This document shows, piece after piece, positions 20,485 to 29,244 of a stretch of DNA of 64,000 bases. This DNA comes from Thermoanaerobaculia bacterium (GTDB lineage: Bacteria > Acidobacteriota > Thermoanaerobaculia > Gp7-AA8), in the NCBI GenBank assembly GCA_038230535.1, contig JBBRNB010000019.1, positions 2,165-66,164 of the forward strand, given 5' to 3'. Position numbers and translations under genes: made by a program. How positions within the stretch are numbered: the first letter of the stretch is position 1; each line of letters begins with the position of its first letter. Below the pieces are notes generated by a model, which did no database searches, was not told where the DNA came from, and saw only the letters and a program-made list of their open reading frames with translations.

Positions 20485-21414
20485 CTAACGCAGCTTCGCC
20501 CGGACTGCTCCCCACACAATTCCGGCGAAATAGGTCGCGTGATGAGCGGCGAAGGCGAACGGGAGCACGAGCCAGTAGCGCATCGGCAGCCGGGTGGTGC
20601 GCGCGCCGAGAATCAGCGTGGCGACGAAGTACGGGACGATGGCGATCGGCGCCGCCACGATGGCGATCGCACCGACGAGGAGGAACGCCCAGATCTTGCG
20701 GTTCTTCGTGTACGGCGATGAACCGCGGGCAAGCATCTCGCCCGTTTTGACCCGGTAACGCCACCGCTGGCGAAGGTACGGGCCGGGAAATGACCGCCGG
20801 CGGTGAAACACGCGGACACCGGAGTGATAGACGACGTTCGGCAGCAGCGATGCCACGAGCGAAGTGTCTTCACCGATATAGCCGACGGTCTCGTCGAACC
20901 CGTGAAACGACTGCCTCCGGACGAAGAGATTGACGAGAGCTACGTCGCTCGGGCTGGCGACCGGAAAGATCCCCGGAGGATTCTCGTGGCAGACCAGCCC
21001 GCTGCCGATGTACGGTGTGGACAGAAGCGTTTCGGCGATGAGCTCGGCGCGGGTGGAGTCGCGAGGAGCCGGATCGGGCCCGCCCAGAGCAAGGACGCCG
21101 GGATGTGCATCCAGCCAGGAGACGGCCGTGGCAAGCCAGCCCTCATCAGCGGCCGCATCGTCGTCGATGAAGGCCAGGATCTCCCCTCGGGCCTCGGAAA
21201 CGGCTCGATTTCTTCGAGTTGCGGGATTACGATTCGGCTCGATGACGTTCCGTACGCCGGTCCCGACTTCAACTCCCAACGGCGCCGCGGAGACCAGAAT
21301 CAACTCGAAAGGAAAAGGCGCTTCCTGACGCAGCACCGACTCGATCGCGCGCTCCGCGTCGCCTCCGATCCGCTCCACGGGCATGATGACAGTGACTTTG
21401 ATTTCGGCGCGCAT
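20485..21414 (-). CDS. Glycosyltransferase family 2 with C-terminal TM helices
   Basis: VTVIMPVERIGGDAERAIESVLRQ...IDDD motifs, plus a C-terminal membrane segment. Confidence 0.7.
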   Translation of the reverse strand: MRAEIKVTVIMPVERIGGDAERAIESVLRQEAPFPFELILVSAAPLGVEVGTGVRNVIEPNRNPATRRNRAVSEARGEILAFIDDDAAADEGWLATAVSWLDAHPGVLALGGPDPAPRDSTRAELIAETLLSTPYIGSGLVCHENPPGIFPVASPSDVALVNLFVRRQSFHGFDETVGYIGEDTSLVASLLPNVVYHSGVRVFHRRRSFPGPYLRQRWRYRVKTGEMLARGSSPYTKNRKIWAFLLVGAIAIVAAPIAIVPYFVATLILGARTTRLPMRYWLVLPFAFAAHHATYFAGIVWGAVRAKLR

Positions 21415-21420
21415 GTTGCG

Positions 21421-21600
21421 TGTGGAGTAGATTAGTGGATTGGTAGCTCAGTCGATCAGGAACCCCAGCCGCGAAGTCTTGATTGGAGTCGATCACTGGA
21501 TCAGGCGATCCGTTGACCGGGAGTCCCCAGGTTCATTCCGACCGAGCTCCGTCGTCCTGATCCACTAATCTACTAACCTACTGATCCACTGATGGACTGA
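21421..21600. repeat. GATC-rich inverted-array intergenic element (divergent promoter region)
   Basis: TGGAGTAGATTAGTGGATTGGTAGCTCAGTCGATCAGG ... CCTGATCCACTAATCTACTAACCTACTGATCCACTGATGGACTG. Confidence 0.75.
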
Positions 21601-21607
21601 AAACTAC

Positions 21608-22831
21608 ATGAAGCTTATCGTTCAAATCCCAGCCTTCAACGAAGAAGCGACGATCGCGCAGACGCTTCGCGACCTCCCGAAGAAAATAGACGGCGTCACA
21701 ACGATCGAGAGCCTCGTCGTCGATGACGGCTCTTCCGACAAGACCGCCGAAGCCGCGAGGAAAGCTGGCGCGACCCACGTGGTGCTGCTCAAAACGCACC
21801 GCGGCCTCTCCTCAGCGTTCCTGGCCGGCATCAACGCCGCGCTCCGCCTCGGCGCCGACATCATCGTCAACACCGACGCGGACAATCAATACGCAGGCGC
21901 CGACATCGCCAAACTCATCGCTCCGATCGTCCACGGAACGGCGGATGTAGTCATCGGCGACCGTGAGGTCGCGAAGTCGCCGCATATGTCCGGGTTCAAA
22001 CGCCTGCTGCAGCGTCTCGGCAGCCGGACGGTCGGGCTGGCGTCAGGGATTCGCGTCAGCGACGTGACCAGCGGCTTCCGCGCCTTCTCGCGCGACGCGG
22101 CGATGCAGATCAACGTCTTCAACCCCTTCACCTATACGCTCGAAACGATCATCCAGGCTGGCAACCGCAACCTCGGCGTGCAGTCCGTGCCGGTGCGCAC
22201 GAACCCGCCGGCGCGCCCGTCCCGGCTGTATCGCGGCATCGGCACGTACTTGCGCAAGTCGGTAGCCACCATCTTTCGGATCTACACGATCTACAAGCCG
22301 CTGAAAACGTTCTTCACGATCGGCGTGCTCCTTCTGCTGGCCGGCTCAGCCCTTGGCGCCCGTTTCCTCTGGGCCTTCGCACACGGCGATCGTGGTGGCC
22401 ATGTGCAGTCGCTGATCCTGGCGTCCGTGTTCCTGATCGCCGGCTTTCAGACGCTGCTGATTGGACTGGTGGCGGACCTCATCTCCGTCAACCGGCGCCT
22501 GAGCGAAGAGGTTCTCGTCCGGCTGAAACGCCTGGAGCCGCCTGTCGTCGCCGAACGCCGTCCCATGCCGCAGCAATTACCTCGCGCAGCGCATGCCGCA
22601 CGCCCTCCGGCGCCGAAACGAGAACGCCCCGAGCCGAAAAACGCCGCAACGCAGTGGGTGTGGCTGCTCGACGAAGAGAAGCTGCAGGATCGCATCAAGC
22701 CCGAGCCCATCCAGGAGCCGGATCTCGACGATGACCTGCCTCCACCAACGCCGCCTCCAGCCGGCGAACCACGCCGCCGCCGCCGTCGCCGCGGCGGAGC
22801 ACGCCCAGGTTCGGAACCGCCTACGACGTAG
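21608..22831 (+). CDS. Glycosyltransferase family 2 (DPM-synthase-like) with TM segments and a Pro/Arg-rich C-terminal tail
   Basis: MKLIVQIPAFNEE...VVDDGSSDKT...NTDADNQY motifs. C-terminal PPPTPPPAGEPRRRRRRRG tail. Confidence 0.75.
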   Translation: MKLIVQIPAFNEEATIAQTLRDLPKKIDGVTTIESLVVDDGSSDKTAEAARKAGATHVVLLKTHRGLSSAFLAGINAALRLGADIIVNTDADNQYAGADIAKLIAPIVHGTADVVIGDREVAKSPHMSGFKRLLQRLGSRTVGLASGIRVSDVTSGFRAFSRDAAMQINVFNPFTYTLETIIQAGNRNLGVQSVPVRTNPPARPSRLYRGIGTYLRKSVATIFRIYTIYKPLKTFFTIGVLLLLAGSALGARFLWAFAHGDRGGHVQSLILASVFLIAGFQTLLIGLVADLISVNRRLSEEVLVRLKRLEPPVVAERRPMPQQLPRAAHAARPPAPKRERPEPKNAATQWVWLLDEEKLQDRIKPEPIQEPDLDDDLPPPTPPPAGEPRRRRRRRGGARPGSEPPTT

Positions 22832-22835
22832 TGTG

Positions 22836-22993
22836 CCCTTGATTTCGCGCGAAGCGCTTTGGAGCGCGGTAGCCGTAGCTACCGCTTTCTGAAATTCTCT
22901 ACGAGATGTCGGACCAGTCGCGAGGCGCCCCCTCCCTCCCAAAGCGGTGGCTGCGGCCACCGCGCACTCCAAGCGCTTCGCGCGAAATCAAGC
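22836..22993. repeat. Long-range inverted repeat with ~33-bp arms (CTTGATTTCGCGCGAAGCGCTTTGGAGCGCGG / CCGCGCACTCCAAGCGCTTCGCGCGAAATCAAG). It encloses two internal hairpins (CGGTAGCcgtaGCTACCG and GCGGTGGctgcggCCACCGC).
   Basis: Direct reading between convergent genes: GT2 end at 22831 and hydrolase stop at 22997. Confidence 0.65.
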
Positions 22994-22996
22994 TGG

Positions 22997-23791
22997 TTAC
23001 GCGTATACGCCGATGAATCGCGCTGTCAGCGCGGCGGCCATGGTCAGCTCGAAGGGTACAGTGACCAGCGGATGGATGGCGTTGTAGCTGTGACTGGCGT
23101 TCGCGATCACGACGCGGGAGGCGTCGGGAGCATACGTCTCGATCTCGGACGATTCCGCGACCGGCACATTCTCGTCGCGTGCTCCGTGGACGACGAGGAT
23201 CGGTTGTTCGATCTGCGTCGCGCACTTGAGGATGTCCAGGCGGTTGCGGTTCGCGTCCATGTCGTCGAGCATCCGCGTCGATATCCGCATCATCTGTTTC
23301 GTACGCGTGTTCTGGACCTCGATATAGCCGATGCGGCGCCACAGCGCTTTCGTCGCATCGTCCCAGCGCTCGCTGCGCGCAATCGAGCTCCACGTCACGA
23401 TCCCGCTGAGATTCTCGATGCCCGAGGCCGCGAGCAGCGATATTCCGCCACCCCGTGAATAGCCGACCAGAAACGTGGGGGCGTCGACACGCTGCTGGCA
23501 GTAGCGGACGACCTTCTGCAGGTCGGCGATCTGCCCCGAAAACGTATCCTCGGCGAAGAGATCGAGGCGATCGAATGTCTGCGGGTTCTCGCCGATCCCG
23601 CTGCGCGCCATGTTGAAGCGGCAGACGGAGAATCGGTTGTTGCGGAGAGTTTCCGCGAGCCAGGGAAAGAAGCCCCAATCCTTGAATCCCTTGAATCCAT
23701 GAACGAGGACGACGAGCGCCTTCGCTCCCGGCAACACGTCGAGATCGCCGCGGATTGGAAGGCCTTCGTCGCTGAGGATGGTGAATTGCAT
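22997..23791 (-). CDS. Alpha/beta hydrolase fold protein
   Basis: HGFKG oxyanion region, GYSRGG nucleophile elbow, C-terminal His. ~264 aa. Confidence 0.7.
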   Translation of the reverse strand: MQFTILSDEGLPIRGDLDVLPGAKALVVLVHGFKGFKDWGFFPWLAETLRNNRFSVCRFNMARSGIGENPQTFDRLDLFAEDTFSGQIADLQKVVRYCQQRVDAPTFLVGYSRGGGISLLAASGIENLSGIVTWSSIARSERWDDATKALWRRIGYIEVQNTRTKQMMRISTRMLDDMDANRNRLDILKCATQIEQPILVVHGARDENVPVAESSEIETYAPDASRVVIANASHSYNAIHPLVTVPFELTMAAALTARFIGVYA

Positions 23792-23796
23792 GAGAG

Positions 23797-23925
23797 TCGA
23801 TCGGTGATCAGTAGATCAGTGATCAGAGGAGCAGTGGATCAGGACAGAGGTTGACTCAGTGGTACTTAGAAGAGAAACACCGCCTTCTGACCCACTCATT
23901 GCGAATCCACTGATCGACTGATCCA
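23797..23925. repeat. GATC-rich inverted-array intergenic element
   Basis: GATCGGTGATCAGTAGATCAGTGATCAGAGGAGCAGTGGATCAGG ... GAATCCACTGATCGACTGATCCATC. Confidence 0.75.
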
Positions 23926-25020
23926 TCACACGTTGAAGCGGAAGAGGATCACGTCCCCGTCCTGTACCACGTAATCCTTTCCTTCGCTTCGCATCTTCCC
24001 GGCTGCCTTTGCGGCCTGCTCTCCACCGAGGGAAACGTAATCGTCGTACCCAATCGTTTCGGCCCGGATGAAACCGCGCTCGAAATCGCTGTGAATCTTT
24101 CCTGCTGCCTGTGGACCCTTCGAGCCGCGAGGAATCGTCCATGCGCGCGCTTCTTTTGGTCCCGCGGTGAAGAATGTCTCGAGCTCCAGGAGTGTGTACG
24201 CGGCGCGGATCAGGATGTTGAGGCCCGGCTCATCGAGACCCATCTCCGCCAGAAAACCGTCGCGCTCGCCGGGTGGGAGTTGCGAGATCTGCGCCTCGAG
24301 CTCGCCGCAGATAACGACGACCTCTCCTTTCTTCTTCGCAGCCACGTTCCGGACCTGTTGCAACAACGGCGTCTCGCTGCCGAGGTCTGACTCCGCGACA
24401 TTCGCCACGTAGAGCACAGGCTTCAGCGTGATGAGACTCAGCTCGGCCAGCGCCGCGCGTTCGTCGTCGGTGAGGTCGACTGCGCGCAGCGGCGTCCCTT
24501 CATCGACCGCGGCCTTCGCCTTTTCGAGCGCCTCGGCTTGTGCGATGTACTCCTTCTGACCGACCCGAGCGAACCTGCTGACGCGGTCGAGTTTCTTGCT
24601 GATGGCATCGAGATCGGCCAGCAACAGCTCGGTCTCGATCACCTCGATGTCACGCTCCGGATCGACCGATCCCTCGACATGCATGACGTTCGGATCGTCG
24701 AAGCATCGCACCACGTGCAGGATGGCGTCGGTCTCGCGTATGTTGGCAAGGAACTGGTTGCCGAGCCCCTCCCCTTTCGACGCGCCCCGCACGAGTCCGG
24801 CGATGTCGACGACTCTGAGGTCGGTGTAGACAGTTTGTTTGCTCTGCGCAAGTGCCACGAGCTTGTCGAGCCGCGCATCGGTGACCGGAACGATGCCGAC
24901 GTTCGGCTCGATCGTGCAGAAAGGATAGTTGGCGCTCTGAGCCCCAGCAGCCGTGAGCGCGTTAAAGATCGTCGACTTGCCGACATTCGGCAGCCCGACG
25001 ATTCCGACAGAAAGACCCAT
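23926..25020 (-). CDS. ychF: Ribosome-binding ATPase YchF (Obg-family GTPase/ATPase)
   Basis: [24 protein letters not shown]1 motif, C-terminal TGS domain, 364 aa. Confidence 0.95.
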   Translation of the reverse strand: MGLSVGIVGLPNVGKSTIFNALTAAGAQSANYPFCTIEPNVGIVPVTDARLDKLVALAQSKQTVYTDLRVVDIAGLVRGASKGEGLGNQFLANIRETDAILHVVRCFDDPNVMHVEGSVDPERDIEVIETELLLADLDAISKKLDRVSRFARVGQKEYIAQAEALEKAKAAVDEGTPLRAVDLTDDERAALAELSLITLKPVLYVANVAESDLGSETPLLQQVRNVAAKKKGEVVVICGELEAQISQLPPGERDGFLAEMGLDEPGLNILIRAAYTLLELETFFTAGPKEARAWTIPRGSKGPQAAGKIHSDFERGFIRAETIGYDDYVSLGGEQAAKAAGKMRSEGKDYVVQDGDVILFRFNV

Positions 25021-25085
25021 GTGTGTGTTGACTCCTCTGAACCGCGGCGGGGTAACGGTTGAGGAGAAACTGTCATTCCGAGCCG

Positions 25086-26039
25086 CTACTTCAGCATCCG
25101 AATTCCCATCTCCGCGGCGCCCATGAGCCCGACCTTCGGATTGGTGATCAGATTGACTGGAATCGCGGCCAGAACGTGCTGGAAGCGGCCTTTGCGCAGG
25201 AAGGCTTTCATGAAGCGGCCGTCGGTGAATCGATCGATGTTCTTCGCGGCAACGCCACCTGCGAGGTAGACGCCGCCGCGGGCCAGGAGGCGGAGGGCCA
25301 TGTTGCCTGCCTCGGCGCCGTAGATGTCGACGAAGATCTCGAACGTGCGCGCCGCCACTGGATCGCCGGAAGCAAGCGCCTTTGCGATCTCCATCGGCAA
25401 CGACTCGTCGTACGGCCGCTCTTCACCCGACAGGAAGTTGTGGATGTTCACCAGTCCCAGGCCGGACAGCAGGCGCTCCCAACTCACATGACCGTACTTC
25501 GCGAGGAGCGCGAGGAAGAGGCGTGTCTGTTCTTCATCCTGCGGTGCGAAGTCGGCGTGGCCCCCCTCGGAGGGGATGACATCCCACTTCAAGCCGTCGT
25601 GGACGAGATTCGCTTCGCCGAGGCCCGTGCCCGCGCCGAGGATCGCGATGGGAGCGAAATTGACGCGCGTCCCGGCGTTGAGGACGAGAAAGTCCGCCGG
25701 AGCGAGAATAGGAACGCCGAGGGCGACGGCATAGAAGTCGTTGATCAGAGAGACGCGGCCGATCGAGAACTGCTTCGCGAGAGCCGTGGCGTCCATTTTC
25801 CACGAAAGGTTCGTCACCTCGGCGCGATCGGCGAAGACCGGTCCGGCCACGGCGAAGCACGCGGCGTCAACAGGACCGGCCACGTGATCCTTGAAGAACG
25901 CGCCGAGCATCTCATCGAACGTCGAGTAGGCACCGCTCTCGTATCGCTGCTCCGCAACGACGGTCCGCCCGGTCTGTGACGCGTCAACGAGTTGCAGCAG
26001 GACCTTCGTCCCACCGATGTCACCGGCAATGATTTTCAT
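25086..26039 (-). CDS. glk: Glucokinase (ROK-independent Glk family)
   Basis: MKIIAGDIGGTKVLLQL ATP-binding motif and overall glucokinase architecture, ~317 aa from the ATG at 26039. Confidence 0.85.
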   Translation of the reverse strand: MKIIAGDIGGTKVLLQLVDASQTGRTVVAEQRYESGAYSTFDEMLGAFFKDHVAGPVDAACFAVAGPVFADRAEVTNLSWKMDATALAKQFSIGRVSLINDFYAVALGVPILAPADFLVLNAGTRVNFAPIAILGAGTGLGEANLVHDGLKWDVIPSEGGHADFAPQDEEQTRLFLALLAKYGHVSWERLLSGLGLVNIHNFLSGEERPYDESLPMEIAKALASGDPVAARTFEIFVDIYGAEAGNMALRLLARGGVYLAGGVAAKNIDRFTDGRFMKAFLRKGRFQHVLAAIPVNLITNPKVGLMGAAEMGIRMLK

Positions 26040-26057
26040 CGACGCGTAGTGTGGCAT

Positions 26058-26224
26058 GAATCAGTGGAGCAGTGGAGCAGTGGAGCAGTCGATCTGTAAT
26101 CAGGCGGCCTGATTCTATCGACCAATCCACTGATCCACTGATCCACTGATCGACTTCTCTACAGTCGATCCGTAGTCAGGAAGCCTGATTCTGATCGACC
26201 AATCCACTGATCCACTGATCGACT
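26058..26224. repeat. GATC-rich inverted-array intergenic element, tandem double copy (CAGTGGAGCAGTGGAGCAGTGGAGCAG ... CCACTGATCCACTGATCCACTGATCGAC, then a second partial copy)
   Basis: Direct reading. The loop has the palindrome AATCAGGCGGCCTGATT. Confidence 0.75.
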
Positions 26225-26226
26225 CT

Positions 26227-26718
26227 CTAAATCGCCTCGTCCGCGCTGGCGCCGTAGACCGCAGGCAAAGACACGTCGAGCATGCGCAGGTAGACCGAGA
26301 GTTGTCCGCGGTGGTGGTAGGTGTGATTCATCAGGATCGAGCGGATGAACACGTTCTTGCGGGTCTGGGTCACGACCTCCCCGTTGCTCGAGATGACGAA
26401 CGGCGCTCGCAGCGCTTCATCGTCGAGCGCCGCGATCGTAGCGGATACGGCCTGGAGGTTTGTGCGGAACGTGTTGATGAACTCGGGATTCTCGGGCATC
26501 GGCTGCGGCCCGCCGTTGGTGATGTCGAACCTTCCGGCGTTGATCAACCGGACGGCGATCTCCGGCATGGACACGAGATGCCAGGCTAGGCGTCCGAGCG
26601 TCATCGACTTGGGGTGAGGCGTCCATTCGAGCTTGTCCGGAGGCACCCGCTCGAGCATCCGCAACGTTGACTTCCCTTCCTGTTCCAACTCCGCGATCAG
26701 TGCATTGGCAAGCGGCAT
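26227..26718 (-). CDS. DinB/YfiT-like (DUF664) damage-inducible family protein
   Basis: ~163 aa four-helix-bundle family with conserved His residues (MNHTYHHRGQLSVY). Confidence 0.65.
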   Translation of the reverse strand: MPLANALIAELEQEGKSTLRMLERVPPDKLEWTPHPKSMTLGRLAWHLVSMPEIAVRLINAGRFDITNGGPQPMPENPEFINTFRTNLQAVSATIAALDDEALRAPFVISSNGEVVTQTRKNVFIRSILMNHTYHHRGQLSVYLRMLDVSLPAVYGASADEAI

Positions 26719-26737
26719 TCACAACCTCCGGCGTCAT

Positions 26738-27622
26738 CTATGGCACAGCCGGGATGTCACCCGGCGGAAAACCGAAACTGATACGGACGGCAGCGTACTC
26801 TGGATGCACGGAGCCGTTTTTGCGGCGAATAATCAGCGGTGGCTCGATCCACGGCTCGCGTCCCGGAGGCAGGTCAGCACCACGGATCGCGGCGAAGAGG
26901 GAGATCATCGGGGGCTCGCCTTCCTTGAACACCACATCGCGCCGCCGGAGCACGATCAGCCCATTCATCCGCAGCGCCTCCTCGGCGCGGCTGCGTTGCA
27001 CGCATGGGAAAACGAATGCGAAGACGCCGCCCGGGGCCAGGATGCGGGCAGCGGCCGCGGCGTAATCAGCCACGGAACCGCGAATCTCGATGCGTGCCGG
27101 GATCGCCTGCGGATGAGCCGCCTCCGCGGCGCTGCCGGCCGGCCAGTACGGCGGCGATCCGGTGACCAGATCAAAGGGAGGCTCACCCGCGAGGATCGCA
27201 GGATCGCGGAGGTCGCCCTCATAGACCGTGAAGCGTGACTCCAAACCGTTGTACTGGACGCTCTTCCGGGCAAGGCGCGCGGACATCGCTTGCGCCTCGA
27301 CCGTACAGAAACATGCACCGGGCAGGCGCCAGGCGGCGATGAGAGCGACGGAGCCTATGCCTGAGCCGAGGTCCGCGGTGCGGCCGACACGAGGAGCCCA
27401 TTGGGTGCCGTACCAGGCGGTGAGGACATCGTCGGTCGAATAGCGGTGGCCGCGCTCGTACTGGAAGATGCGAAAATGGCCGCAGAGATAGTCGAGCGTC
27501 TCCCCCGCCTCGGGCGCGACGCCTCGCGGAGGCACGGGTCCGGGGCGCCGCCAGCCTCGATAGGCATCGTCAGTACCGTTCGATGAATTCTGCAATAAAC
27601 GAAACCCTCTTCGCGTCAACAC
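26738..27622 (-). CDS. SAM-dependent methyltransferase, N6-adenine/tRNA methylase-like with (S)PPY catalytic motif
   Basis: TADLGSGIGSV SAM-binding motif and a DLVTGSPPYW motif, resembling TrmN6/YfiC-type methylases. Confidence 0.65.
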   Translation of the reverse strand: MLTRRGFRLLQNSSNGTDDAYRGWRRPGPVPPRGVAPEAGETLDYLCGHFRIFQYERGHRYSTDDVLTAWYGTQWAPRVGRTADLGSGIGSVALIAAWRLPGACFCTVEAQAMSARLARKSVQYNGLESRFTVYEGDLRDPAILAGEPPFDLVTGSPPYWPAGSAAEAAHPQAIPARIEIRGSVADYAAAAARILAPGGVFAFVFPCVQRSRAEEALRMNGLIVLRRRDVVFKEGEPPMISLFAAIRGADLPPGREPWIEPPLIIRRKNGSVHPEYAAVRISFGFPPGDIPAVP

Positions 27623-27708
27623 GTATCACAGAAACCGCACATTCTCGCGTCTCGGGAAGCGTTTGCCCGGCGCATGGGCGGAAAACCTCAAACACCTGGA
27701 GGTATCAT

Positions 27709-29244
27709 TTGAAGGAAGCAGCTCGAAGACTGTCTCACTCACTCTTCCTGCTTCTGACGATCACGGCGACCCTGCACGCGCAGGATCTCGCCTCGGCCGA
27801 GAAGCGCACCACCGTGCGCAAGCTCGACAACGGTCTGACCGTGATCGTCATGGAGCGCACCGAAGCCCCTGTCTTCTCGTTCACCACAATCGTGAACACA
27901 GGGTCGGCACAGGAAGTGCCAGGGATCACCGGCCTTGCGCACATGTTCGAGCACATGGCGTTCAAGGGGACCGATAAGATCGGTACGACGAACTACCCGG
28001 CGGAGTCCGCCGCGCTGGCCAAGGTCGAAGAGGCCTACGCCGCCTACGACCGGGCCCGCCGCGATCCCGTCAGCCATGACGCGGCGAAGATCGCCGATCT
28101 CGAAAAAGGGTGGAAGGCCGCCATCGACGAGGCGCAGAAGTTCGTAGTGCCGAACGAGTTCAGCAAGATCGTCGACCGCGCCGGCGCTTCCGGCGTCAAT
28201 GCCTTCACCAACACCGACGAGACGACGTACTTCTACTCGATGCCGTCGAACCGCGTGGAGCTCTGGGCCTACCTCGACTCCGAGCGCTTCCTCCACCCGG
28301 TCTTCCGCGAGTTCTACAAAGAGCGAGACGTCGTCCACGAAGAGCGGCGCATGCGCACCGAGAGCACACCGACCGGCCGCATGTTCGAGCAGGCTCTGGC
28401 AGCGGCCTTCACCGCACATCCGTACGGGCAACCCGTGGTCGGCTGGCCGTCGGACCTTCAGAGCTTTTCGGCTACTGACGCGGCAGCGTTCTACAAGAAG
28501 TACTACGTCCCGGCCAACATGGTCGTGGCAATCGTCGGCGACGTCAAAACCTCTGAGGTGATGCCGATCGTCGAGAAGTACTTCGGACGTCTGCCAAAAG
28601 CGGCAGCACCCGATCCGCTTCGGACCGTCGAGCCGAAACAGACGGCCGAGCGAATGGTCACCCTCCGCGAGCAGTCGCAGCCTGTTTATTTCGAGCTGTA
28701 TCACCGCCCCGCGGTGACGGATCCCGACGCGCCAGTCTTTGACGCCATCGAAATGCTCCTTTCAACGGGTCGCACCTCGCGCCTGTACCGCTCGCTCATC
28801 CGCGACAAGAAGGTCGCCGCGGGAGCCGCCGGGTTCAACACCTTCCCTGGAAACAAATACCCGACACTCTTCGGGGTGATCGCCATCCCCAGCGCCGGTC
28901 ACTCGGCTGGCGATCTGGCCGATCCCATCCATGCTGAGCTCGAGCGCCTCAAGAGTGAGGATGTTTCCGCGGACGATCTGCAGTCGGTCAAGACGCGGAC
29001 GAAGGCCACACTGCTCCGGCAACTCGATACCAACGAAGGGCTGGCCATCCAGCTCGCCACCTACCAGACGGTCTTTGGCGACTGGCGCGAGCTGTTTCAC
29101 GAGGTCGAGAGGCTCGACAAGGTGACCGCCGCGGACATCCGCCGCGTCGCCAGCGCAACGTTCGTGCCGGCGAACCGCACCACGGCCACGATCGAGTCGT
29201 TGAAGAAGACCTCCGCCCCGATTCTGAAGGGAGACTCGAAATGA
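27709..29244 (+). CDS. M16 family (pitrilysin/insulinase) zinc peptidase, secreted
   Basis: HMFEHMAFKG (HxxEH) zinc motif and a signal peptide after a TTG start preceded by a GGAGG RBS. The track ORF begins at an upstream ATG (27583). Confidence 0.8.
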   Translation: MKEAARRLSHSLFLLLTITATLHAQDLASAEKRTTVRKLDNGLTVIVMERTEAPVFSFTTIVNTGSAQEVPGITGLAHMFEHMAFKGTDKIGTTNYPAESAALAKVEEAYAAYDRARRDPVSHDAAKIADLEKGWKAAIDEAQKFVVPNEFSKIVDRAGASGVNAFTNTDETTYFYSMPSNRVELWAYLDSERFLHPVFREFYKERDVVHEERRMRTESTPTGRMFEQALAAAFTAHPYGQPVVGWPSDLQSFSATDAAAFYKKYYVPANMVVAIVGDVKTSEVMPIVEKYFGRLPKAAAPDPLRTVEPKQTAERMVTLREQSQPVYFELYHRPAVTDPDAPVFDAIEMLLSTGRTSRLYRSLIRDKKVAAGAAGFNTFPGNKYPTLFGVIAIPSAGHSAGDLADPIHAELERLKSEDVSADDLQSVKTRTKATLLRQLDTNEGLAIQLATYQTVFGDWRELFHEVERLDKVTAADIRRVASATFVPANRTTATIESLKKTSAPILKGDSK

